From an uncultured Erysipelotrichaceae bacterium (lineage in GTDB: Bacteria; Bacillota_I; Bacilli_A; Erysipelotrichales; Erysipelotrichaceae), in contig CAYUXW010000006.1 in NCBI GenBank assembly GCA_964449115.1, positions 1,927 to 65,926 on the forward strand: a stretch of 64,000 nucleotides of DNA. The letters run 5' to 3'. The position numbers and the translations under genes are program-made. Below the pieces are notes generated by a model, which was not told the DNA's origin, did not search any database, and saw only the letters and a list, made by a program, of their open reading frames with translations. The first letter of the stretch is position 1; each line of letters opens with the position of its first letter. Shown here in pieces: positions 19,906 to 29,872 of the stretch.

Positions 19906-20843
19906 TTTGTAAAATCCTTTCTATAGTCAACAAATGTTCTTATTACTTCTAAGCCCATTCTCTCATAATATCTTCTACCATTTTCATCGGTAGTAACAAA
20001 ATACATACGATAGATTCCTTTTTTAGCCATCTCATACAATCCTAACTCCATTAAGATTGTGCCTAGACCACTATTTCTTTCACTGGCAGAAATACCAATC
20101 GGACCAAAACGCATTTCATTATCATCAATGGCTCTATTACTGCAACCACATATTTTTCCTTGTGGATCTAAAACCAACAGAATTCTATCCTGGGCTTTAT
20201 TTTTCTGCATAGCTATTAAAGCATTTCTTTTCCAGCCTCCACCAAATTCCTGACGCATATACTCTAAAAGCTCTAAAGCATATTTATAATCGAAGTTTAT
20301 AAAACGATAACCTTTTTCTTCAGCCGCTTTTTTCTTTTCCAAAGTTTTTTCTCTTATTTGGTAGCCATGTAGATTCATCCCCATAGAAAAAGCTTTTTCT
20401 CCAGCTTTATAATTGTTTTTTTCAAAAAATTCAATCGCTTCTGGATAATTGTCAGGATCAATACCTGCAAAGAAATAATTTGGTGAATAAGCTCCTAAAG
20501 TAATATCCGTTGCTCCCATTTCAAACAGTTTATTTTCTACCACATCCAGCAAAGCCTGACCAATACCTCTATTGCGATATTCTTTATCTACAAACATGAC
20601 ACTGATCCAGCCTCTATTTGGTTCTAAGCCTCTTTCAAGATAAGGAAATTTTCTTTTAATTCCCAAAATAAAACCGACAACCTTTTCATCTTTGATAGCT
20701 ACATAACAAAGCTCTTCATCAAAGTTTTCATCAAACAGTGCCTGTCTTCTGAATTTATTGACATCGATTGGATCAAAAGTACAGGTCTTGTTCCAAAGAT
20801 CTACTACCTGTTGTTCATACTGTTGGCTATATTTTACAATCAT
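19893..20843 (-). CDS. Tandem GNAT-domain N-acetyltransferase
   Basis: 316 aa from the ATG at 20843, preceded by AAGGAG. Two acetyl-CoA-binding-like motifs (RNRGIGQALL and RNSGLGTILM). Confidence 0.8.
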   Translation of the reverse strand: MIVKYSQQYEQQVVDLWNKTCTFDPIDVNKFRRQALFDENFDEELCYVAIKDEKVVGFILGIKRKFPYLERGLEPNRGWISVMFVDKEYRNRGIGQALLDVVENKLFEMGATDITLGAYSPNYFFAGIDPDNYPEAIEFFEKNNYKAGEKAFSMGMNLHGYQIREKTLEKKKAAEEKGYRFINFDYKYALELLEYMRQEFGGGWKRNALIAMQKNKAQDRILLVLDPQGKICGCSNRAIDDNEMRFGPIGISASERNSGLGTILMELGLYEMAKKGIYRMYFVTTDENGRRYYERMGLEVIRTFVDYRKDFTKCVG

Positions 20844-20989
20844 ATTATCTCCTTGATATGTTAACATATTAAGTATACTTTTATAGTATTATAATCATTC
20901 AATTATGTCAATTAAGATTAAAAAAAATAAATTAAGATTATAGTTTTATTCAAATTTATGTGATACCATAATAAAAAGAGAAACTAAAT

Positions 20990-23900
20990 ATGGATAAAAA
21001 ATTAAGAGAACAATTGTATGAAATACTAAACAATCTTCCTTCCGAAAATGCTTGTTTAGATTATAAAACGATACCTTATAAAAAAATGAAGGTGGAGAAT
21101 TTATCAAAGATCTAAATGGTTTTTTAAATTCCAACGACGGCTATGGTGAAGATAAATTTATTATATTTGGCATTCAAGATAAAAATCATAATAAAAATTT
21201 AGTTGGTATTCAAGAAGGTTCTCCTTTATTGGATGACCACTGGTTTCAAGATCATGCAAAAAAAATAACACCTAGACCTTGTATAAAGGTTGGAACAATT
21301 GAATATGAAGAAAAAAATGTTGTTTATGAAATTGGATATGTCTATATTCCAGCAGATAAAAACGATGATAGAGTGTACTCAATAAATAAAAATTATCCCG
21401 ATGAAGGCACTGTCTTTAAGAAAGTCAAAGAAAGTGGAACATTTAATGGTACATGGGCATTAGCTTCTACAGCTTACATAAGGAATGGCAGTACAACAAA
21501 CTATCTAACCGAAGAAGAGAGAAGAAGAATATATGAAGCAGATTCAATGAACAAAAACAATAAATTTTTTAACAAATTAGCCCTATATGATTCATCAAAA
21601 ACAAAACTTGATAACCATATTTTAAAAATGATTGTTTTAGTCGGTTCATGGGATGAAAATAATAAAAAAGATAAAGAATTAATCAGTGAATTAGTAGGAC
21701 TTCCTTATGATGAAATATTCATATATTTAAGCCAAAGTGTAAGCGAAGGAAATGGGTTTTTGAATTTTAAAAACAACAAATGGATTGTAAACAATAGATT
21801 AGAGTTATTGAATAAAATGTCTAGTTTTTATTCAAAAGAAAATATTAAAACTTTTCAAAATAAAGCCATCAATGCTCTGTCTAATTATAATCCTAAATTT
21901 GATTTAGCTCCTGAAGAAAGGCTGATAGGCAATTTTGGCGACGATAAAACAAGCTATTCAGAAATATTAAAACATTCAGTTTCTGAAGTTTTGCCGATGA
22001 TTGCTTCGATTGCTGATAAATTTAAATTTTGTAAAGAGGAAGTCAAAAATTTGACATACAATGTCATAGACAAAATATTAAGTTCAACAAACTGGAAACT
22101 TTGGGCAACTTTAGAAAATTGTTTACCATTATTTGCAGAAGCTGAACCATCTTTATTTTTGAAAAAAATAGCAGATAAAATTTTAAGCGAACCTAATATG
22201 ATGAAGGAACTAATGACAACAAGCAAAAGGTTTATTACTACTACTTATTATACAGATGGTTTATATAATTCTTTTCGATTAATAGCTTGGCAAGAAAACC
22301 ATTTAGTTTCAGTTTGCGTAATTCTTACAAACCTATTTAATTATGATAATAAAGCAATTGATGTAATAGCAAGAATATTGTTGCCATGGTATCCACAAAC
22401 TATGGCTAATTTAGAAGTAAGAGAAGCCGCGATAAAAAATGTTTTGAAAGAAAACAAAGAAGTAGGTTGGCAATTACTTATGAAATTAATGCCTAAAAAA
22501 ATTACTTCTACAACTCCATCGCCAAAACCTAAATGGAACAATATAATCCCAGAAATTGATGAAGACGTGTTAGTAAGTGATTACTGGATACAAATTGAAA
22601 ATTATATAAAATTAGCTTTAGAAACAGCTAATAATGATGTCAATAAATTATCTCAGTTAATATATATTCTTGACGATGTCCATAAGGATTTGTTTGGTAA
22701 AATTGTCAATCATATGTCACAAAAATCAATTTTAAACTTATCTGATGAAGAAAAATATCCTTTATGGGATAAAATTGAAGATTTTATTAATAAGCATTTA
22801 AGGTTTTATGATGAAGAATGGTCTTTACCAAAAGACCTTCTTGATAAATTAAAAGAAATGTCAGATTTGTTAAAACCAAAATCATTATTAGTATTTAACA
22901 GGAGATTTTTTAAAAGGGATTTTTGGAAATTACAAGACAACAATTTAGATTATGATGAATATTTAAAGGCTTTAGATGAAAAAAGAATTAATATTTTAAA
23001 AACAATTTATGAACACGGAATTGATTATGTTATTAAATTTGTTGAAGAAGTTGAAGACCCATATGCTGTAGGGTTTTGCTTAGGTAGTATACAAATTTCT
23101 AAAGCAGATGATAAAAACATTTTTTCTTTTTTAGATTCTAGTAATGAGAATTTCTGTTTGTTCGCAAAAGGATTTACTTATAAAAAATACTGCGAATTAG
23201 GCGATGATTGGCTAAATGGTTTTGATATAGAAAAATGGAATATTAACAAAAAAATAAATTTACTTATAACACTTCCAAAAAATGACTCAACATGGGAAAA
23301 AGCATGTAATTATTTAGGCGAAAAAGAAGATTATTATTGGAAAAAAGTCGACATACACGTTATAGAAAAAGGGTCTGATATAAATTATCCATTAGAAAAG
23401 TTATTAGGTGTTGAAAGAGCAAATATTGCTATAAATATAATTGGACAAGCCATATTGACTGAAACAAATTATGATATAAAATATGCCATAAAAGCATTGA
23501 ACGATATGTTAAATATGCAAGAAAACATTAATAGTGTTAACACTTTCTACATACAAGAAATCATCAAAGATTTGCAAAAATCAAATATTTCTAGAGATGA
23601 ATTATTTAAAATTGAATGGTCTTATTTATCAATTATGGATGATTCAAATTGTAGACCTATTACAATTGAAAAAGAATTGTCAAACAATCCTAAAACATAT
23701 GTAGAACTTTTAAAATTGGCATATAAACCTATGAAAGCAATTAATGAAAAATACGAATTTGATAAAAGAGCTTCGAATGCTTATAGGGTACTTCATAAAT
23801 GGAAAACACCACCAGGTTTAAATGAAAACAATCAAATTGATAAAGTTAAATTAGAAAATTGGTATAACGAAATGAGAAATTTAAGCGAAAAAGAAGATCG

Positions 23901-24228
23901 ATTAGAAGTAGGTCTAACTAACTTTGGCAGAGTTTTATTCTATTCTCCTAAGGATAATAACGGTCTATGGATTGATAAGAATGTTGCTGAAATTCTAAAT
24001 GATCCATATGCAGAAAACGTTAGGAAAGGTTTTAGCGTAGAAAATTATAATTCTATCGGAGTAGTGACTATTGATTCAAAAGGAACAGTATATGAAGAAA
24101 AAGCAAAAGAATTTGAAGAAAAAGCAAAGAATATAGAAATGGCTGGATATAATAGAATAGCTAATGTAATGAGAAAATTAGCAAATAATTGCAGAAGAGA
24201 AATAGAACGAATTAAAGAACGCTATTAA
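20990..24228 (+). CDS. Large orphan protein with Schlafen/AlbA_2-like N-terminal domain. The reading frame is broken by a 1-nt frameshift in an A7 run (21080-21086).
   Basis: From the ATG at 20990 the frame gives MDKKLREQLYEILNNLPSENACLDYKTIPYKK. Adding one A continues it as NEGGEFIKDLNGFLNSNDGYGEDKFIIFGIQDKNHNKNLVGI..., which runs into the 999-aa tracked ORF (21229-24228). The pattern E..LDYK...FIKDL.GFLNS.GG..IFGI.D...VGI matches the AlbA_2 consensus (E..lEfK...i.k.i.AfaN..GG.l.iGv.d...ivG). I saw no P-loop, HEPN or nuclease motif in the remaining ~900 aa. Confidence 0.7.
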
Positions 24229-24346
24229 TTTAAGGAATAAAAAAAGAAATGAAAAATTAACTTTTATAAAAATTGAATTGTAGAAAGCAAAGATAATGTC
24301 AAATCAAATGTGTAAGTAGTTAAATGAAACATTTCAAATAATATGT

Positions 24347-24382
24347 AATTTATATTGGAAGGCTAGCCTTCCAATATAAATT
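24347..24382. terminator. 36-bp perfect palindrome, a bidirectional terminator between convergent genes
   Basis: aatttatattggaaggct/agccttccaatataaatt followed by TT(TT). Confidence 0.7.
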
Positions 24383-24640
24383 TTGCGGTTAACCTATAGG
24401 GTCATATTTTTCAATAATCTGCTTGAATATATCATATATTATAAGTTGGCTTCTTCCTAATGACCAGTTAGATACAGACCGGTTATTTCATTTTCTATAC
24501 AGTTCCTATATACATAAATATGACATTTGGTATAGTGCTCTTTTATTTGAAAAAGTACCTTGCTTGGTAGAGTTTAGTTAAATAAAGCGCTCTACTTTAA
24601 ACATTTAAAGTAACCATTAAATTATAACCTTCCAAAAGGA

Positions 24641-25732
24641 TTAGTCATTTTTTAGAAATTTATATCGATACCCATAATTATAGTATAAAAGTTTTTTTAA
24701 ATCTTTATCATCAATTTTCCCTACCACATTTACTCTCTCATCTCTCTTTTTGTCTTCTAAGACAATCTGCATTTCACCAGAATAGCGACCATAAAGTTTA
24801 TTATCAACGGTTATGCTTCCTTTTAATCTATCAGCAGTATTATCAATTTCTATTACACTGGCATACTGAGACATTTGTCTGCTGCTTCGCGATCTTAAAA
24901 ATGATGCATTGGAATCATATCTGAATTCATGAGTTTTCAAAACTATATCATTATAATTATCATTTAATAAATCAACTTCAATCTCTAGAGGTTGATGATT
25001 AATAACAGCATCAAACTGCTTAAAGCTATACTCGCTGTAAAAATTGTCTGAAAAGATAAATGAATCTGTTTTATAGACATATAAAAGCTCTAAGGTTATT
25101 AAAACTATATCACTATACCTATGCTTTTCAATTGTTGGAAGCCCCTTATAAACTGGTCCTCTGGCTCTGCTTAAAGAAGGTATAAAATAATAAATTGGAA
25201 GATTGTATTTTCTTAGCATTTCATCCTGTCTTAAAGCAAAGTCCTTATCCAGACCGCTTTCTTCTCTAGGATAGAAATTATGACAGGCTTTAATTTCAAC
25301 ATTTCCTAAACTATTAAGAAATTGTATTTTTTCTTCTATCTCTTTTTCCTTATACATTGATGCATTGATTACAAAGCCTTTAAGATTAAACTCTTTATAA
25401 AGAGTTATGACATCTTCCTGATCATAGCCATAATCCAGTCTGATAAAAGCTATTTCTACTTCTTTTAATTTTTCCAGATAATGCTTATCATCTAATATTT
25501 TTTTAAGATGGGGACCACCAATATCGACAGTCAAATCCATCTGATACTCCTTGGCTAGCATTGATATATAGCGTAGCGATTCAATTTGTTGGCTAAGAGG
25601 CAATTCTGGCAAATGAACCGTTGAAAAAATCTCTGTAAAGCCATATTTTTTAGCTAATTGAATATATTTGTCCCACCTTGCTATATTGTAATTTGTATGG
25701 AGCCCAGGGAAAATTGAGATGCATTTATTCAT
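24641..25732 (-). CDS. DUF871 family protein (MupG-like 6-phospho-N-acetylmuramidase family)
   Basis: 363 aa from the ATG at 25732. N-terminus ISIFPG...YIQLAKKYGFTEIFSTVHLPE resembles the DUF871 TIM-barrel N-terminus. Confidence 0.65.
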   Translation of the reverse strand: MNKCISIFPGLHTNYNIARWDKYIQLAKKYGFTEIFSTVHLPELPLSQQIESLRYISMLAKEYQMDLTVDIGGPHLKKILDDKHYLEKLKEVEIAFIRLDYGYDQEDVITLYKEFNLKGFVINASMYKEKEIEEKIQFLNSLGNVEIKACHNFYPREESGLDKDFALRQDEMLRKYNLPIYYFIPSLSRARGPVYKGLPTIEKHRYSDIVLITLELLYVYKTDSFIFSDNFYSEYSFKQFDAVINHQPLEIEVDLLNDNYNDIVLKTHEFRYDSNASFLRSRSSRQMSQYASVIEIDNTADRLKGSITVDNKLYGRYSGEMQIVLEDKKRDERVNVVGKIDDKDLKKLLYYNYGYRYKFLKND

Positions 25733-25816
25733 AATTATTATCCTCTTTCTTAGTCCTATTCTATCTTTATTTACTATCGTTTTCAACATTTGATACCAAC
25801 AAAAAACCTTCAGATT

Positions 25817-27907
25817 TTACTTTGAAGGTTCATTTTTGTCATTGTATTTTTGTAATTCATAAAGCTTTTTATAAATGCCATCCTGAGTCAGAAGTTCTTG
25901 ATGAGTTCCACTTTCTATAATCTGTCCCAAATCCAAAACAATAATATTATCAGCATGTTGAATGGTAGACAAACGATGAGCGACCATAATTGTTGTTCTA
26001 TTTTCCATCAACGTTTTTAACGCTTCCTGTATTAACAGTTCTGTTTCAGTATCGATATTAGCAGTTGCTTCATCCATTACCAAAATTGTCGGATTAATCA
26101 CCAGAGTTCTAGCAAACGACAATAGCTGCCTTTGACCAAAGGATAGATTTGTTCCTCTTTCCGTTAACATCTCATCATATTTATTTGGCAAACTTTCAAT
26201 AAATTGATGAGCATTTACTGCTTTAGCAGCTTCTTTTATTTGTTCTATGGTGATATCTTCATTTAACAATCTGATATTAGATTTTACATCACCATTAAAG
26301 ATAAAGACATCCTGCTGAACCTGGCCAATAGCATTTCTAATCTGGTTTAATGACATCTCTTTGATGTTAATGTCATCTATCAGGATCTCTCCTTTTTGAA
26401 TATCATAATAACGACCGATTAAATTCATAATTGATGATTTACCAGCTCCGGTAGCTCCTACAAAAGCCACCTTTTGACCTGGCTCTATGACAAATGAAAC
26501 ATCCTTTAAAACCCAGTTTTCATTTTCATAAGCAAACCAGACATTTCTAAATTCAATTTTACCTTTAATTTTTTCTGGTCTGATTGGATTTTCCAGCTCT
26601 TCAATCATACTTTTTTCATCTAATAGACTGAAAATCTTTTCTGCTGAAGCAAAAGAATTCTGCAAGGTTGAAAATTGCTGAGCCATTTCCTGGATTGGCC
26701 AGAAAAATGAACGAATATAGCTGATAAAGATAAATAAAACTCCTACCGTCAAACTGTCAGATAAAACATAATGAGAACCTTTATAAACTATCGCTACCAG
26801 TGCCAGATTGGCAATCAAACTTGTAAAAGGTCTAAAAAAGGCAAAAACGAGCAATTCTTTAATTCTTGTATTATATAAATCATCGCTTTTTTCTTCAAAC
26901 TGAGCAAATTTTTCTTTTTCCCTGGCAAAAATCTGAATCAGCTTCATACCAGAAATATGTTCACTTAAAAAGGTATTCAAATACGATAATTTAGTTCTTG
27001 CAACACGATAGACATTTCTGGAAATCTTTCTAAACATGTTGGTTATGATGAATATCACCGGCAGATAAATAAAGGTAATAATCGCTAATCTACTATTTAA
27101 AGTAAGCATTACCAGAGCATAGCCGGCAATCATAATAAAGTTTCTGATTAGATTAACCAGAACATGGGAAAACATTCTGTTTAATGATTCCACATCGTTA
27201 GTAATTCTGGTATCAATCTGCCCAACAGGATGAGTATCAAAAAACCTCAAGGATAATGAATGGACATGAGCAAACAGTTCATTACGCATATCGTAAATGA
27301 TATTCTGTCCTGTAACTAATAAAGTGTAGGTATTGGCTGAATCAATAAGAGCATTAAGGACCAAGACAATTAAATAAATAATGCCTATCATTAAAATACC
27401 CTTATAGTCTGAACTTCTCAAAACTTGTAAATCTTCTTTTAACAGCCGTTTCCCTTCCAGCAGGTTTCCATTTTCATCACTGATCATGATGAGATTTTCC
27501 TTTTCCGCTTCAACCTTTTCAATGCCGGCATTATTTTTTTCTACCAGCACTTTAATTTGACCAGCATCCAGATTCTCAAAATAATAATATTTGTCATCAT
27601 ATAAAACTATCTGACAATAACTTGAAACTTCATCTTCCTTATAATCTTTTGTTAAGAATAAACCATTATAGGATAAATCTGCCTCTGTTTCATTTACTAT
27701 GGCATAACTGCGATCATAGCCTTCAATATAGGTGTCGATGGCTTTTGCGATTAACATTGGTCTGATTATCTCAAAAGCAGTAACTGCCAGAATCATACAG
27801 ATTGATAGAATAAATCTGCCTAAATAAGGTTTCATATAACCAAAAATTCTTTTAAACACATTGCCAGAATAAGAGGTAATGACTTTTTCTTTTTCTATTT
27901 TAGCCAT
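25817..27907 (-). CDS. ABC transporter ATP-binding/permease protein (type I exporter half-transporter)
   Basis: 696 aa. Six-TM domain plus NBD with Walker A GATGAGKSS, signature LSFGQRQ and Walker B LVMDEAT. An unusually long extracytoplasmic insert lies between TM1 and TM2. Confidence 0.9.
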   Translation of the reverse strand: MAKIEKEKVITSYSGNVFKRIFGYMKPYLGRFILSICMILAVTAFEIIRPMLIAKAIDTYIEGYDRSYAIVNETEADLSYNGLFLTKDYKEDEVSSYCQIVLYDDKYYYFENLDAGQIKVLVEKNNAGIEKVEAEKENLIMISDENGNLLEGKRLLKEDLQVLRSSDYKGILMIGIIYLIVLVLNALIDSANTYTLLVTGQNIIYDMRNELFAHVHSLSLRFFDTHPVGQIDTRITNDVESLNRMFSHVLVNLIRNFIMIAGYALVMLTLNSRLAIITFIYLPVIFIITNMFRKISRNVYRVARTKLSYLNTFLSEHISGMKLIQIFAREKEKFAQFEEKSDDLYNTRIKELLVFAFFRPFTSLIANLALVAIVYKGSHYVLSDSLTVGVLFIFISYIRSFFWPIQEMAQQFSTLQNSFASAEKIFSLLDEKSMIEELENPIRPEKIKGKIEFRNVWFAYENENWVLKDVSFVIEPGQKVAFVGATGAGKSSIMNLIGRYYDIQKGEILIDDINIKEMSLNQIRNAIGQVQQDVFIFNGDVKSNIRLLNEDITIEQIKEAAKAVNAHQFIESLPNKYDEMLTERGTNLSFGQRQLLSFARTLVINPTILVMDEATANIDTETELLIQEALKTLMENRTTIMVAHRLSTIQHADNIIVLDLGQIIESGTHQELLTQDGIYKKLYELQKYNDKNEPSK

Positions 27908-29677
27908 TTAATTACCTCCCTGTTCTACAGCAATCAACTGTTTTTCTAACTGTTGCTTTTCTACCATCTGAGCAAATAAACCCTTTTTATCTAATAGTTG
28001 CTGATAAGTACCATATTCAGCCACTTTTCCATCTTCCAAAACCAGAATACGATCTGCTGATTGAACCGTAGAAACACGATGAGCAATCATAATGGTCGTT
28101 TTATCTTTTCTGATTTTTTTAAGGTTGTCGATAATTGTATCTTCAGTATCAGTATCAACAGCACTTAAAGAATCATCCATAATCAATATGGGACTATCTT
28201 TGATTATTGCCCTGGCAATAGAAGTTCTCTGTCTTTGACCACCTGAAAGAGTAACTCCTCTTTCACCTAACATAGTTTCATATTTATTTGGAAAGCTCAT
28301 GATATTGTCATGAATATCAGCCATTTTACTAGCCTCAAATATCTCTTGATCAGTAGCATCCAATTTACCAAAAGCGATGTTTTCTTTTAAGGTCTCAGAA
28401 AACAAGAAATTGTCTTGGGGAATATAACCTATATTTGAACGCAGAACGTCCAATGGAATATCTTTAATATTGTTTCCATCAATGTAAATGTTGCCACCGG
28501 TGACATCATAAATTCTGGTTATTAAATTAACCATTGTCGTCTTACCACAACCGGTTCTACCCAATATCGCAAAGGTTTCTCCTTCATTGATTTTTATGTT
28601 TATATCTTCCAAAGCTAAAGGCAGATTGTCCTCATATCTAAAATCTACCCTATCAAAGACAATTTCACCTTTAATTTCTTTAACATCCAGCATCTTTGCA
28701 CTATTTTCAATCTCAACTTCAGCAGCAAATATTTCATCAATCCTTTTTAATGAAGCGCTGGCTTCTGAAAAAATTGTGACAACATCGCCAACAATAATCA
28801 TTGGCCAGACAAGCGCACCAATATAAGAAGAAAAAGTGACAAACTTACCCAAACTTATTTCACCAGTCAAACAATAGTAACCACCTAATACAATAGCGAC
28901 AACATACGAAAGACCGATAAAGGTTTCTAAAACTGGCCAGAAGATTGAGCGCAAGATTGAAATTTCAGCATTGGATTTACGATTATGATCATTAACTTTT
29001 TTAAAATGTTCCAGCTGTTTTTCTTCCTGAACAAAGGCTTTGATAACCCTTATCGCTGTTACTGATTCCTGTACTGCATCATTTAACTGACCAAAAGCAT
29101 CCTGTTTGATTAAGAATTTCTCATCAAACTTTTTAGATAAAACAATACTGTAAACACCTACCAAAGTCATTGGTATTAATGTCAGCAAAGTCAGCGGTAA
29201 ACTAACGTATGTAATCATGTTATAGACAACCATAAGAGTCAAAATCACCGCATCAAAGGACATAATAAGCGCAAAGCCGATTGCCCCTTCAATCGCGTCT
29301 AAATCATTGGTAAACCTGGTCATAATATCACCAGTTTTATTTTTGTTGAAATATGATTGTGATAACATTTCTAATTTTTTAAAGATATCTTTTCTTAAAC
29401 TATTGATTACTTTCAGACAGGCACCAAAAATAAAATAGTGCCAAAAGAAACGAAATATGGCAATTATTACTGACAAAACAATCATCAGAAGAACTGTTTT
29501 ATCAATTGTAGATGTTTCAATTGTACGAGAAGTTAAACCATCAGTTATTTTACCAATATACAACGGAATATATAAATCTAAAAAGTCCACTATTAAAAGA
29601 GCAATTATACCAAAAAAGTATAAGTGTTTATTCTTATATATATGGTAAAACAATCTTTTCTTTTTTAGTTTTTCCAT
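27908..29677 (-). CDS. ABC transporter ATP-binding/permease protein (partner half-transporter)
   Basis: 589 aa from the ATG at 29677, preceded by AAGGGGAG. Walker A GRTGCGKTT, signature LSGGQRQ, Walker B LIMDDSLS. Abuts the downstream partner gene. Confidence 0.9.
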   Translation of the reverse strand: MEKLKKKRLFYHIYKNKHLYFFGIIALLIVDFLDLYIPLYIGKITDGLTSRTIETSTIDKTVLLMIVLSVIIAIFRFFWHYFIFGACLKVINSLRKDIFKKLEMLSQSYFNKNKTGDIMTRFTNDLDAIEGAIGFALIMSFDAVILTLMVVYNMITYVSLPLTLLTLIPMTLVGVYSIVLSKKFDEKFLIKQDAFGQLNDAVQESVTAIRVIKAFVQEEKQLEHFKKVNDHNRKSNAEISILRSIFWPVLETFIGLSYVVAIVLGGYYCLTGEISLGKFVTFSSYIGALVWPMIIVGDVVTIFSEASASLKRIDEIFAAEVEIENSAKMLDVKEIKGEIVFDRVDFRYEDNLPLALEDINIKINEGETFAILGRTGCGKTTMVNLITRIYDVTGGNIYIDGNNIKDIPLDVLRSNIGYIPQDNFLFSETLKENIAFGKLDATDQEIFEASKMADIHDNIMSFPNKYETMLGERGVTLSGGQRQRTSIARAIIKDSPILIMDDSLSAVDTDTEDTIIDNLKKIRKDKTTIMIAHRVSTVQSADRILVLEDGKVAEYGTYQQLLDKKGLFAQMVEKQQLEKQLIAVEQGGN

Positions 29678-29872
29678 CAAGAATTTTCTCCCCTTAAAAT
29701 AATAAATGAACTTAATCATTATAACATAATTATATTGGATGGCAGCATTCAACTTTTATTAAAGTGACAAACGCTGGTTGATAAAATAAAATAATAATAT
29801 ATTTTCATATCTGGCCAATTAAAAAGCCAGCAGACTGTTTCCACTGACTTCTTAAACTTAAATTAATTTTTA

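Noticed and set aside
20946-21134. 62-aa minus-strand ORF in the GNAT/orphan-gene intergenic region
   Set aside because: It overlaps the plus-strand N-terminal AlbA_2-like coding segment, which has clear domain similarity. The minus-strand translation is hydrophobic junk without an RBS.
20868-24640. Compositional island (strongly lower GC) around the orphan gene as proof of horizontal transfer
   Set aside because: Hand counts of a few 60-nt lines give about 25-30% GC here, versus about 43% in the PTS genes. However, addA is also about 27%, so the difference is within the normal gene-to-gene spread. A proper sliding-window GC and codon-usage analysis is needed.
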